IMG/VR virus record: IMGVR_UViG_3300003267_000135
Coordinates: 1 to 64,000 of that record
DNA length: 64,000 nucleotides
DNA from: an uncultured virus (IMG/VR IMGVR_UViG_3300003267_000135)
Lineage: Duplodnaviria; Heunggongvirae; Uroviricota; Caudoviricetes
Direction: 5' to 3' (one strand)
Positions 1 to 9,215 of the stretch are shown here, one piece after another (position 1 is the first letter of the stretch; each line of letters begins with the position of its first letter). The notes under the pieces were generated by a model that saw only the letters and a list, made by a program, of their open reading frames with translations, searched no databases and was not told the DNA's origin. A program made the translations under genes and the position numbers.

Positions 1-35
1 GACTTGGCTCCGCTGCGCCAATTTCTGAAGAAGAA

Positions 36-335
36 ATGAACCTCCCGCGTTATCGCGCAGGACCCGTTGAATACTGGCTCGCGGCGGCGGGAACTGAGTT
101 CATCAACGGCTTTATTGCCGGGTGGAAACACGGCGTAGGCACGGGGGCTGGAACTGGAGTTCTGACGGGCACAACTGACGTAGCTGTGAACCTGACGGCT
201 ATTCAGCAGATCATGGTTTCAGCCGGCGCGACGGTGTTCGCCATGCTGATGAACGGCGTCAACCAGATCACCGACTGGCACAAGACGAACCCATTTCCTA
301 ATCCGTGGCCCAAACCTCCGATTCCTCCCCAATGA
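36..335 (+). CDS. Membrane protein, possible holin
   Basis: Hydrophobic segments; first of three ATGA-coupled small membrane genes at the end of the late operon. Confidence 0.4.
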   Translation: MNLPRYRAGPVEYWLAAAGTEFINGFIAGWKHGVGTGAGTGVLTGTTDVAVNLTAIQQIMVSAGATVFAMLMNGVNQITDWHKTNPFPNPWPKPPIPPQ

Positions 336-541
336 AAATCGCCCTTGTCGTTGCCCTGCTTGTTTGCACATCCGGTTGCGTGAGCCATCAGTTTCCCAAG
401 GACGCCGCGATCATTGGGGCGTCTCAGGCTTCTGGTGTGTGGGGCCACGGCGAAATCAAGGGCACCGTGCTGACAGGCAAAGCGGCAACCCCTGAAAACG
501 TGAAAGCCGCCGCCGAGGCATTGCCGGATGTTCTCAAATGA
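332..541 (+). CDS. Small lipoprotein (possible lysis accessory/spanin)
   Basis: MKIALVVALLVCTSGC signal peptide with lipobox-like SGC; ATGA overlap with upstream stop. Confidence 0.5.
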   Translation: MKIALVVALLVCTSGCVSHQFPKDAAIIGASQASGVWGHGEIKGTVLTGKAATPENVKAAAEALPDVLK

Positions 542-900
542 GGATTCCTGCCGGATTTTTCTCTTTCGACGTGAAAGACACGATGCGCCTCATCGTGTGG
601 ATCATCATCGCGGCCTTTACGGTCGGCGTGGCGTATAACCAACGCGCTGCCGACATGGTTCAGCTAAGAGGTGTGGATGAACTGCACGCCGCTAAGCTGG
701 CCGACGAAGCCAAGATTCGAGAGCGCGATGTCGCGGAGGTGAAGTTACGTCTGGACGCGCAGGCGGTTTCGATTGCGCGAAACGATCAGACATCGGCCCA
801 GATCGCCAGTGCGCTCGATGGCATCCGCACCGAATTGCGCTACGTGAACGAGAAGATCGACGTGCTGCGGCAAGAGGTCAGGCAAAAGACGAGGGAGTGA
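538..900 (+). CDS. Single-TM coiled-coil protein (lysis-cassette type)
   Basis: N-terminal TM (LIVWIIIAAFTVGVAY) then heptad-rich region; ATGA overlap. Confidence 0.5.
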   Translation: MRIPAGFFSFDVKDTMRLIVWIIIAAFTVGVAYNQRAADMVQLRGVDELHAAKLADEAKIRERDVAEVKLRLDAQAVSIARNDQTSAQIASALDGIRTELRYVNEKIDVLRQEVRQKTRE

Positions 901-945
901 AGCAGGNNGGCGGGCAGACGGATTGGCCTCTTCTGGTTTTCATTT

Positions 946-1845
946 TCACGTTAATTCCAACCGCTCGCGCTGTTTCAACAACCGCTCCTCGGCCTGTTTC
1001 ACCGACCACACAGGGAAATCCAACTCCTCGATTTCAGCCGGCAAGCTCCACTCGCCCGTTTCGTAGCAACGCCGAAGCAATCTCAAATCCATCATCACTT
1101 CGCCGTATGCAACCGGCAATGACGCTGCGCCCAAATGGAACACGCGGCACTCGTGCGGCGGCTCCGATTCACTGACGATCCAGAACCCATCGGGCTTGGG
1201 AATGTCGCCGGTTGGTTGTTCAGCAGATTGGCAGGCGGTGATGACCTCGCGGTAAAAAACACACTGCCGCGGGTAGCCAAAGTTGATCCAGTTCTTTTTG
1301 AACTGCGCGATCGACGTGCAGGTTTTGAAGTCAACGAAGTGCGTGTGCAGTTGAAGCGGTGCGCCCGGCTTCGTAGGCAATATGATTTCACGCGGCTTGT
1401 CGCTCCATCGGTCGGCGCGACATTGCACGGTGAACTTGCCAAATGATCGTCGCCATGTGACCTCGGCCTCGGTGTTGGCGATCAGTTGCGACGCGATCGG
1501 ATGAGCCTCAACGCGCGCCTTCATCTTGCGCAGCGCCGTCAACTCATCGGCGGTCACGATCAGCTTTTGCGCTGCGGCCATTTCGTCGCGCCATTCCTTC
1601 GCCTTGTTGGTGCGAAAGTCGGGGAACTGCATCGGCACGACCGCAGATTCAAAGGCTGCGTCCGATTCCATCGCAAAATGAAACGCCGATCCCATATCTA
1701 AAGACCACGTGTTTTCCGGCCTTAAGACCTTAGTAACATAGGTCTCGAAATAGCGAAGTGGCGAAGTGTGGAACGCGTCGAGCTTTGTAGAGCTAACGGC
1801 GTCTGCCGAATGATAATCCCAAATTTTCTCGTTCAGGATTTTCAT
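946..1845 (-). CDS. RecE/exonuclease VIII-like PD-(D/E)XK nuclease (DUF3799-like)
   Basis: YHS..VSSTKL, GSAFH, EVT, CRAD, VDFKT, YPRQCVFY motifs; same operon as RecT. Confidence 0.8.
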   Translation of the reverse strand: MKILNEKIWDYHSADAVSSTKLDAFHTSPLRYFETYVTKVLRPENTWSLDMGSAFHFAMESDAAFESAVVPMQFPDFRTNKAKEWRDEMAAAQKLIVTADELTALRKMKARVEAHPIASQLIANTEAEVTWRRSFGKFTVQCRADRWSDKPREIILPTKPGAPLQLHTHFVDFKTCTSIAQFKKNWINFGYPRQCVFYREVITACQSAEQPTGDIPKPDGFWIVSESEPPHECRVFHLGAASLPVAYGEVMMDLRLLRRCYETGEWSLPAEIEELDFPVWSVKQAEERLLKQRERLELT

Positions 1846-2441
1846 ATATGCTTCCAGTTAATCCTACGAACGATTGCATAGACACAATACTTCTTGACCC
1901 CAAACATGCGCGCCAAATCGGCTTGCTTTACGCCGGACCCAAAAAGAGCGCGCATCTGCAACACCTGCCGCTCTGTGAGCTTTGAATCAGGATGATTCTC
2001 TCCCCAGCGCCGAGGATTCCTGTTAATCCTGCCCTTGGCGACGCAATCCCGCATGTTATCGGCTTGGGTGCCGCAAAAGAGATGGGCGGGATTAATACAC
2101 ATTCTATTGTCGCAATGGTGACAAACAAACATTCCAGCAGGAATCGGCCCACGAAACAGCTTATAGGAAAGAACGTGGGCTAGAATCTGCCGTCCATTCC
2201 ATGTGATGTTTCCATAACCATTGCTAAGGCACCCCATCCACTCCCAGCAACCACGGACAACCAGTGTGGATTCAATCAACACGGTTTCCATTTCCTTTTC
2301 GGTGGCGACTCCGCGTGCTGCGATTCTTTTTCCACCGCGCTTTAGCCGCCATCTTGGCGATGTTCTTTCGGAGCTTTGTGCCTTTTCCTGCGGCACCTCC
2401 CTTAGCTCCAATTGCTGCAAAATATTTTCTGACTGATTCAT
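1842..2441 (-). CDS. HNH homing endonuclease with C-terminal HTH
   Basis: CWEW..GYG..AHVLSY..GPIP..VCHHCDNRMCINPAHL..GT..DN. Confidence 0.9.
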   Translation of the reverse strand: MNQSENILQQLELREVPQEKAQSSERTSPRWRLKRGGKRIAARGVATEKEMETVLIESTLVVRGCWEWMGCLSNGYGNITWNGRQILAHVLSYKLFRGPIPAGMFVCHHCDNRMCINPAHLFCGTQADNMRDCVAKGRINRNPRRWGENHPDSKLTERQVLQMRALFGSGVKQADLARMFGVKKYCVYAIVRRINWKHI

Positions 2442-2474
2442 TCATAATTCAAATGTGCGTAGCCGCTGTGCATG

Positions 2475-2963
2475 TCAAGGGCTGAACAACAGCGGTTTCT
2501 GTGTGCCTGAAACGTAAAGCGGGTGACGTGGCGATTTGTCCTTCGCGTTCAGCCCGAGGCAAAACAGCGGCGTGAACTTCTCTAGTAGGTTGATCACGCC
2601 CACGTCGCGGCACAGGTGTTTGCCGTGCGCGCCCCAGCACGCGATCACGATTAAAGCCGCCTTCCCGTGTTCAAGTAACACGCGGTTGTTTTCCGGCCCC
2701 ACTGGCTCGGCATGGCGCAACATCGCACGCGGGTCCGTGGCCCGATAGGCAAACAGGTTGGTCATAACGAACTCGTTGAAACCCCATGCGGTCGAGAACG
2801 CGCGGATACGTCGCAACGTGGGATCAAGCTGGTTCTCATCGGCGACCGAAGGGTTGAGCCCGATCCACATGATGCGCCTCCGCTCACTCACCAGTTCATC
2901 CCACCGATGCACGAGGCTGTAGCGGTAGATGCGGCAAGGAGAGAACTGGCAGTCATTCGTCAT
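2475..2963 (-). CDS. DUF1643 family protein
   Basis: YRYSL..W, IGLNPS.AD...DPT, NLFAYRATDP, ACWG, PRHPLY. Confidence 0.9.
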   Translation of the reverse strand: MTNDCQFSPCRIYRYSLVHRWDELVSERRRIMWIGLNPSVADENQLDPTLRRIRAFSTAWGFNEFVMTNLFAYRATDPRAMLRHAEPVGPENNRVLLEHGKAALIVIACWGAHGKHLCRDVGVINLLEKFTPLFCLGLNAKDKSPRHPLYVSGTQKPLLFSP

Positions 2964-3092
2964 TAGAAAATCTTTGTGCCCACCGGACTCTCGCGGGTTT
3001 GCGCATTCCGCGCCTGATGTCGTGTCAGGACGGCTCGGCTTTCAGTTTTTGGGCGGTCAACCGGCGAACGTAGCCACGTGGAAAACAGGTTG

Positions 3093-3197
3093 TCAGGGTA
3101 GGCGTTTTAGTTCCTCAGCCAGTGCGGCGGCAAACGCGTGAAATCCGGATTCCTTGGCCCGCTGGATGGCGAGCATGAGGCGAAGTCGGTAGTTCAT
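3093..3197 (-). CDS. Small hypothetical protein (34 aa)
   Basis: MNYRLRLMLAIQRAKESGFHAFAAALAEELKRLP; ATGA-coupled to RecT stop; below ORF-track cutoff. Confidence 0.45.
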   Translation of the reverse strand: MNYRLRLMLAIQRAKESGFHAFAAALAEELKRLP

Positions 3198-4243
3198 GGC
3201 GTGGTCGCCTCCTTGGCCTTCTGTTCCAGCCACGCGCGCAGCTCTTGAAGCGTCGCGTAGGGCAGATCGGTCAGCCGTTTCGCGCTCGGGGTCTTGGCGT
3301 GCTCGAACAGCTTGGCCGGGGTGATACCCAAATTGAGCGCGTAGTTCTCCACTTCCGTCACGAGGGCTTTCAATTGCGCCTCGGTGTAGGCGACGCCGGA
3401 CGTTTGCCCGCTATGTCCGTTTCCTTCGCTTTTGGCGGCATCTGCCTTCGGATCATCGCCAAGCACCGACCCCATGCTTTCGGACGCCTCCACGTCGAAA
3501 ATACCGGCGTTGTCGTCGTGTTTAACAGGCGCATCAATGTCGTCTTGCGATCCTTGGTCGTGCTCAATCGCGCGCTGCATGTCCACGGACAGGATGCCCC
3601 ATTTGCGAAGCTCATTTGCGATGACCGTTTTCATCGCCATCGCGTCGAAGTTGTCTTGCCATGGTTGGCCCGGTTTGCGCGAGCGATACGCTTGTGAAAA
3701 CCGTTTGGCATGGTTCTCAACCTTCGCCTTCGACCAATAGCAGGTTTTTACGAAACCCGTTGTGAGCCGCCACGCGAACGCATAGCCGGCAACTGGTTTG
3801 TCGTCGTCCACGTTTTGCCAAAGAATGATCGGCTCGCCGGTCGCCTTGTCGAATCCGCCAAACGCCTCGGCGTTAATCGGCTTGGCGTTCATTACCTCGT
3901 ATTGCGCAGACCGAAGCGCGAGTTGGATGTAGCCCTTGTATCCCATTTGGAACGATGCACGTTTGGCATACGGGACGATCCAACAAAATCCTAGGTTCTT
4001 ATCCACCGGGAACCCAAGCGTCGCGGCGACAAATGCCGACGCGATCACCGTCTTGGGGTCGCACTCGGCAACCTGCTTCGACTGGTTGACGTAGTTCGTG
4101 ATACTGGCAAGGAACTGCGGAGCACGCTTGCCCATCACTTCATCGAAACGGGATTTGTAGGCCGGGAGCGCGAGAAAGTCTTTGACCGACTTAGGCTCGG
4201 ACTTGGGCTGAATTGCAGGTGCGTTGGTAGGTGTGTCGCTCAT
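3194..4243 (-). CDS. recT: RecT-family single-strand annealing recombinase
   Basis: CDPKTVI..AATLG..LG.CWIVPY..FQMGYKGYIQLALRS; W..NFDAMAMKTVI. Confidence 0.92.
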   Translation of the reverse strand: MSDTPTNAPAIQPKSEPKSVKDFLALPAYKSRFDEVMGKRAPQFLASITNYVNQSKQVAECDPKTVIASAFVAATLGFPVDKNLGFCWIVPYAKRASFQMGYKGYIQLALRSAQYEVMNAKPINAEAFGGFDKATGEPIILWQNVDDDKPVAGYAFAWRLTTGFVKTCYWSKAKVENHAKRFSQAYRSRKPGQPWQDNFDAMAMKTVIANELRKWGILSVDMQRAIEHDQGSQDDIDAPVKHDDNAGIFDVEASESMGSVLGDDPKADAAKSEGNGHSGQTSGVAYTEAQLKALVTEVENYALNLGITPAKLFEHAKTPSAKRLTDLPYATLQELRAWLEQKAKEATTP

Positions 4244-4335
4244 GAGTAAAAAAGGTGAAAAAACGAAAGAAAACGGTAAAACAAAGAGGCAGTCTTATGC
4301 GTGTTTTTGTGGAGATGCGACAAGCCCGGCGTTGC

Positions 4336-4605
4336 TTATATCGTTAAGGTGTTCCACGTCCCATCGGGATTGAGTTGGATTTGAACCGGGCAATCTTCGT
4401 CCTCCTGCATTCCATCGGGTAAATGCGCGTTGAGAAAGCCGCTGGCCTTTGCCGCCTTGAACACTTCTCGCAGGCAGCGACGACAAAACCGCGTGTTCCA
4501 GTTACCGGCGAGTATATTGAAAATCTGGCCGCGGTTGTGCCCGCAGGCTGTGCAATAGCCGTTGCTCGCGTCTTTCGGTCCGCACTGGAGACGTGCCGTG
4601 CTCAT
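4336..4605 (-). CDS. Hypothetical Cys-rich protein
   Basis: CTAC and CRRC pairs; ATGA-coupled. Confidence 0.55.
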   Translation of the reverse strand: MSTARLQCGPKDASNGYCTACGHNRGQIFNILAGNWNTRFCRRCLREVFKAAKASGFLNAHLPDGMQEDEDCPVQIQLNPDGTWNTLTI

Positions 4606-4805
4606 GGCTCCGCGTGCGCAACCACGTTGCCCTTGGCGTCGGTGATCACGAAGTTGCGCCGGTCGCCCTGCTTCCGGTATTCGCGCAGCAACGCGAGAAT
4701 GTCGGCGCTCGTGAGGTTCGCGCTGATTCCCACCAACCCGTTGCCGGTATTGTGGCGCAGCGTGAAGCGGTTCGCGAGAAGTTGAGTCGGACGATTTGTG
4801 CTCAT
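4602..4805 (-). CDS. Hypothetical protein
   Basis: ORF in leftward operon with coupled overlap. Confidence 0.5.
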   Translation of the reverse strand: MSTNRPTQLLANRFTLRHNTGNGLVGISANLTSADILALLREYRKQGDRRNFVITDAKGNVVAHAEP

Positions 4806-4809
4806 GTTG

Positions 4810-5709
4810 TCAGTTGAATTTGGAGTTTTTCGCGAAAGTCTTCAGCTCGGCTTTCATCTTATTTTCGACGGCTACGGACTTCTTCCAAACCGCATCGTCG
4901 CGAAACTGCGCGACAGCATCGCGCACCAATTTGGCGAGTGCGTTCGGCTCGATGGCGTCCAACTCCCACGAACTGTGCCCATGCTGCGCAACGTAGGCGT
5001 TCGCGCGGCTGTCGCTCATCTTCGCCGGGTTCTTCGGGGGATTGAGCTTCGCGATTTGGTCGCGGTTAAGCGCGACGCGATGCACGAATACGGCAATTTC
5101 ATCGCCTTCGGTGTGGTTGGTGAAAAGGCGCAGCCGGTCTTGCACGTCGCGCGTCATGTCGATGCCGCTCGGATCGTGATCGCCAAGGTAAATCACATGA
5201 ACGCATTTGTCGTCGCGAATGCGCTGATACATGCGGCGCGCGGCCTCATACATTGCGCTTTGCGAGCTGTAGCCCTTGTTCGCCGTGAATGGAACGTCAA
5301 GTTGCCGACACACCGGCTCAAGCACGCCTTCGAGTGCCTGCTTTTCGACCATCACCTCAACGTAGCATTTTTGGTCAGCCCACTTGTCGATTTGGTATTG
5401 GTTGGCGCACGCTTCAAGAATCTGCGCGGGGCTATCCCAATGAGAATTTGTGACAGTGTTTCGCCCGCGATCTTTAATGATGTCCCAATCGATCAAGCCG
5501 GCGAGCCGGGCATCCGACACCAAGTTGCCGATGTTTTTGTAACTGCGCTCAGTGTTCGGCACGACGTTCGCAGCAACCAACTGGTAGTAGAGCTGGCGCA
5601 AGCTCAGGTCATAGCCCTGCTGAGAATAGTTCTCCAACACGGCCTGAATCTTTTCGAGCAACGCGGTCGCGTCTGCCCCAAATCGCTTGGTGATGAATGC
5701 CTGTTTCAT
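4810..5709 (-). CDS. Winged-helix + TOPRIM protein (Topo VI-A/Spo11-like)
   Basis: LSLRQLYYQL N-terminal motif; VEVMVEK, YLGDHDPSG and WELDA TOPRIM motifs. Confidence 0.75.
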   Translation of the reverse strand: MKQAFITKRFGADATALLEKIQAVLENYSQQGYDLSLRQLYYQLVAANVVPNTERSYKNIGNLVSDARLAGLIDWDIIKDRGRNTVTNSHWDSPAQILEACANQYQIDKWADQKCYVEVMVEKQALEGVLEPVCRQLDVPFTANKGYSSQSAMYEAARRMYQRIRDDKCVHVIYLGDHDPSGIDMTRDVQDRLRLFTNHTEGDEIAVFVHRVALNRDQIAKLNPPKNPAKMSDSRANAYVAQHGHSSWELDAIEPNALAKLVRDAVAQFRDDAVWKKSVAVENKMKAELKTFAKNSKFN

Positions 5710-5736
5710 TGAAGTGGAATGCGGAAAAAATCTGGT

Positions 5737-5824
5737 GACAGGGCCGGCGCGTGGGTCTCGGGGTTCCAGCTCCCCGATCGGGTCGTGTTTCTTACCGCAC
5801 GCCTGAAACGTCGCCGGCCCTGTC
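5737..5824 (-). ncRNA. Intergenic multi-branched structured element
   Basis: 13-bp perfect closing stem GACAGGGCCGGCG/CGCCGGCCCTGTC enclosing inner hairpins; fills the intergenic gap. Confidence 0.5.
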
Positions 5825-5835
5825 GTAAGTGTGTT

Positions 5836-6294
5836 TTAGCTGTTGTCGTCGTCGTCGGTATCAGCCGGAACGGTGACAACGCCGCTTTCCGGATCGCTGT
5901 TCACCGCCGTCTTGACCGTCGTGCCGCCATCGGGATCGGCGAGCGGCAAATTCGCCTGCTTGTCGGCGTCGATCATGTCGAGTGTTTCGATGACTTCCTT
6001 CGTGTCCATGCGCACGAGCTGCTTCTTGCCGACCTCGGGCGTATCCAGCAACCATTCACAACGCACTTGATCCAGCCGGTAGCCGTTGGCGATCTGCTGC
6101 GAGAGTGTCGCGATCTTCGCTTCGGCGGCTGATTGATCGGCTTTGAACTGTGCCATCGACGCCTTCTTGTCCTCGGCGATGGTTTCCAATTTCTGCGACG
6201 ACTGAGCCAACTGACGGCCCAGCTCGATGCGCTCCTTGTCGGTCAAATTGACGCGGAGCTGACGGACGGTTTCCTGTTTCGGTGAATCACTCAT
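5836..6294 (-). CDS. Hypothetical phage protein
   Basis: Coiled-coil N-half, acidic tail; coupled overlap. Confidence 0.7.
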   Translation of the reverse strand: MSDSPKQETVRQLRVNLTDKERIELGRQLAQSSQKLETIAEDKKASMAQFKADQSAAEAKIATLSQQIANGYRLDQVRCEWLLDTPEVGKKQLVRMDTKEVIETLDMIDADKQANLPLADPDGGTTVKTAVNSDPESGVVTVPADTDDDDNS

Positions 6295-6524
6295 TTGTTA
6301 TCGGTGGATTGTTGGGTTGAGCTGACAAACTGTTGCTGACGACGCTGACGGATGAGTTGCCATTCATCGTCGGTGAGAAACTGCCGCTTGATGCCGGCGT
6401 TCCAAAGCGTGCGGCAGACCCACACAATCGACACGCCATTGTCGGCGGCGAACGTCTTGGGTGCGCCGCCGTTGAGGACGTGGGTGACAGCCGGATCGCG
6501 CAGACTGTGACGAGGACGGCTCAT
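6291..6524 (-). CDS. Hypothetical protein, possible HTH
   Basis: Start at ATG 6524 (MSRPRH) by ATGA overlap. Confidence 0.5.
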   Translation of the reverse strand: MSRPRHSLRDPAVTHVLNGGAPKTFAADNGVSIVWVCRTLWNAGIKRQFLTDDEWQLIRQRRQQQFVSSTQQSTDNK

Positions 6525-6781
6525 TCGCACTCCTTGCGCAGTCGCGCCAACTCCGCATTCAGCAGGCGGCACTTCTCGCCAATGTGTTCCTTCGGTTCGT
6601 CCGCGCTGAACCCAAGGAACATGCCAGCCGTCGCCAGCTTTTCGGCCATGTTGGTCATTCCCTTGACGGCGTGCGTAACGGCTTCGTCCATACGGCGAAC
6701 GTCGGCGCGCAGGAGTTCAATCGTGCGGCGTAGTGCATCGTTCTCACGGTTCGCGTCGGCAAGCTGTGTCGAATCGTCCAT
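6521..6781 (-). CDS. Hypothetical coiled-coil protein
   Basis: Start MDDSTQ at 6781. Confidence 0.55.
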   Translation of the reverse strand: MDDSTQLADANRENDALRRTIELLRADVRRMDEAVTHAVKGMTNMAEKLATAGMFLGFSADEPKEHIGEKCRLLNAELARLRKECE

Positions 6782-6788
6782 TGGCTGT

Positions 6789-7058
6789 TCAGTTCCCGCT
6801 TGGATTCTTCGGCGGCAATTCACCGCCCTGAAATTGCTTTTCGAGCGTGCGCACCTCTGCGTCGCCGCTGCAATTGTGCGTCCGCGCGAGTTTCTTAGCC
6901 GCCATCCCGCGAGACGCCTCGCGCAGAAAATCGCCCACCATTTTCTCGATGCAATCGGCGTAGCCTTTTTCGAGCACCGTCGCGGGCTCGCCTTGTGCAA
7001 CCATGAAAACGCCCGTGTCGCCTTTGGCGTTCGTCGAAATGGAAATGATCAGCTTCAT
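6789..7058 (-). CDS. Hypothetical protein
   Basis: ATGA-coupled ORF. Confidence 0.55.
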   Translation of the reverse strand: MKLIISISTNAKGDTGVFMVAQGEPATVLEKGYADCIEKMVGDFLREASRGMAAKKLARTHNCSGDAEVRTLEKQFQGGELPPKNPSGN

Positions 7059-7441
7059 GCGGTGGCAGCTTCGATTTCCTTGGCGCGCTTCAACAACTCG
7101 GCGGCTTCGTCGCGTAGCCGCTTGGCCTTGATCTTCCGACCGTCGGCAATCGCGGTCTCAATCTTCACGATGAGCGCGGCAACCCTCTCGGTTACTTCGC
7201 TGACGGTTCGGCCATCCATGTAAATCGTATCAGCAACCTGCGGCGTGCTGTTTTTGTTCGATTCGTAACCGCCGACAAACACGCGCACGGAAACCTGATC
7301 AACGTAGGGCGAGAAATCTACGCACACGTCTGCCACATCGCGCGGCGTTCCGATGGCGAGTCCTGCAAGCTGGAGTAGCGCCGTCTTCACCTCGAATGGG
7401 TAAGGGCGATCCGTGATTTTGGCTTCGGGTGCTGTGCTCAT
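7055..7441 (-). CDS. Hypothetical protein
   Basis: ATGA-coupled ORF. Confidence 0.6.
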   Translation of the reverse strand: MSTAPEAKITDRPYPFEVKTALLQLAGLAIGTPRDVADVCVDFSPYVDQVSVRVFVGGYESNKNSTPQVADTIYMDGRTVSEVTERVAALIVKIETAIADGRKIKAKRLRDEAAELLKRAKEIEAATA

Positions 7442-8259
7442 GTCTGGAATTGGTTTTCGGCTGGCAAGTGCGCGATGTGGCGTGGGTCTATATCGGGATC
7501 GACCTCCCGCAAAAGTTTCGTCAGCTCGCTCGCCAGTTTCACCTCTATGGGCAGATACCAGCGATCAGGATCGTTCTCCTCAATGGCGCGAGTGCGGACG
7601 CCCATCGCCAAACGGGCAATCACAGCACCGAGCGAATCAATCGGCATCCGGTATCCGCGCTGATAATACTTGAGCACGCGGAGCATTGAGCCGCCTGCGT
7701 CCTCGTTGCGAATCGGCATCGTGTAAACGAGCCGCTTCGCCGCTAGATCGGAGTAGAACCGGCTGTCGCAAATGGAGTGCCAGCCCGATCGCTCGTGATC
7801 TACCAGTGGCGTCAACGTGTCGTCGCCACTTGCGGGATCAATCTCGTGCGGCGCTTTGTAAACATTCTCCCACCAAAACGCAGCCCGCGAGATCGTGAAG
7901 TCGAATGACATGATAGCATCACGCGGCCCCGTGAACGTCCATCGGTGGATGATCTGAATCGGCGTCTGATACTTCGTGATCGTGTAAGCGTTATCCGATT
8001 CGTGGATGAACTTCCGGTTTTCGGATGCAATGGACAACTCAACGACGTATTCGGCCACCTCGCGGGCTTTGGCTTTCGATGTGGTGAAACAGTCGATGTC
8101 GTTCACCAACTCACCAGCCACACACGCGCGGACGTAGCCGCCAGCTACGATCAGCTCACAACCAAACTTCTTGCACGCGGCAAGAAGCATGACAGGAGCA
8201 CGGCGCAACGCCTGTTGCAGATCGTGACGAGCTAACGGCTGTGTTGCTGTTTCGACCAT
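7438..8259 (-). CDS. Nucleotidyltransferase of the CCA-adding/poly(A) polymerase head-domain type
   Basis: AGGYVR...G...NDID.F (motif A) and SFDFTIS (RRDFTIN-like); start placed at ATG 8259 because the TTG at 8310 lies inside the repeated regulatory motif. Confidence 0.7.
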   Translation of the reverse strand: MVETATQPLARHDLQQALRRAPVMLLAACKKFGCELIVAGGYVRACVAGELVNDIDCFTTSKAKAREVAEYVVELSIASENRKFIHESDNAYTITKYQTPIQIIHRWTFTGPRDAIMSFDFTISRAAFWWENVYKAPHEIDPASGDDTLTPLVDHERSGWHSICDSRFYSDLAAKRLVYTMPIRNEDAGGSMLRVLKYYQRGYRMPIDSLGAVIARLAMGVRTRAIEENDPDRWYLPIEVKLASELTKLLREVDPDIDPRHIAHLPAENQFQT

Positions 8260-8300
8260 CTGGAAAGTTTGACCGCCAGCACCAAAATCACTCGGGCGAG

Positions 8301-8318
8301 CTTGCGTCAAGCAAAAGT
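8301..8318 (-). promoter_or_regulatory. Repeated 18-bp motif ACTTTTGCTTGACGCAAG, copy 1
   Basis: Exact copy, upstream of the nucleotidyltransferase gene. Confidence 0.75.
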
Positions 8319-8909
8319 GAAATGATTTTTAGCAGCAGCTAGCGCCAGCCGGTCACATCGCTCATTATCCAAGTCGCCCGCGTGTCCTTTCACCCACAAG
8401 ATCGTCACGCGATGCTGGCCGGTCAGCCTGCGATAATCCGTAATTAGATTTCGGATATGCGCGTATTTCGGATTCGTGAAAAACTTCGGCTTGTTGCATA
8501 GCCGACACCATGCGGCAGCGGTCTTGCTGTCAGTGCGAATGGTCACAGCGCATGGCGATCTCAGCACGCGCAATCCTTCAACGATGGCGCGAAATTCAGC
8601 GGCGTTATTTGTTGCCCAAGGTTCGGACCCGCTTAGCTCACGCACGGCACTTCCAAAGCGAAGAATGCAAGCCCATCCTGCGGGACCGGGATTACTTCTG
8701 GGACAGCTTCCGTCTGTCGTTAATGTTACCGCTTTTAGTCCATGCGAGGCATCGCCGAGCAATGAGAGTAGTTCGTTTCGGTTCCGGGTTAGTCGCGAGC
8801 ACACTTCATCCCCACTGTGGAGGATGAAGGATGGAGAGCTATTCGCCCCGGACTCGGAAGCCTGCTTCGCATCTCCCGTCAAACCATGCTGGTTCTGCTC
8901 TGCGCCCAT
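8307..8909 (-). CDS. rnhA: Ribonuclease HI
   Basis: TDGSC..NPGPAGW, TNNAAE, TDS, WVKGHAG..NERCDRLA catalytic motifs. Confidence 0.92.
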   Translation of the reverse strand: MGAEQNQHGLTGDAKQASESGANSSPSFILHSGDEVCSRLTRNRNELLSLLGDASHGLKAVTLTTDGSCPRSNPGPAGWACILRFGSAVRELSGSEPWATNNAAEFRAIVEGLRVLRSPCAVTIRTDSKTAAAWCRLCNKPKFFTNPKYAHIRNLITDYRRLTGQHRVTILWVKGHAGDLDNERCDRLALAAAKNHFTFA

Positions 8910-9215
8910 GTTTTTTTATCGGGTTACGGACCGACAAGTTTTGACGGCATTCACCGTGGTTTGCAGTCCCACCGCGACATTAACCCCGTTCGGATGATAC
9001 GGGGGCCAGTTTCTACTTCTGGAGCACTCCAACCCTTCTCGGGTGAGTGACATTCCGGACTTATCCCGTCCCCGGCGAACGGCCCTCAAAGGCGAAACGA
9101 GGCATAGGAACGTTTCCGATACACTGGCAAGAAAAAACCCGCCGAGCCTTTGAGGGAACGCGACGGGTAAAAGTGCTGACACCTTTATTGCAGACATCAT
9201 CGGATGCAGATACGT

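Noticed and set aside
897..945. ORF 897-1175 and a possible terminator between convergent genes
   Set aside because: Contains 'nn' and overlaps the RecE-like gene antisense; cannot be assessed.
4798..5712. Long antisense ORFs (e.g. 4798-5712, 13070-14209, 33610-34764, 38146-39219, 44976-45962)
   Set aside because: Shadow frames of well-supported genes in GC-rich DNA; no motifs.
5737..5824. tRNA gene
   Set aside because: No T-loop GTTC consensus in the proper position, no 7-bp acceptor stem or CCA.
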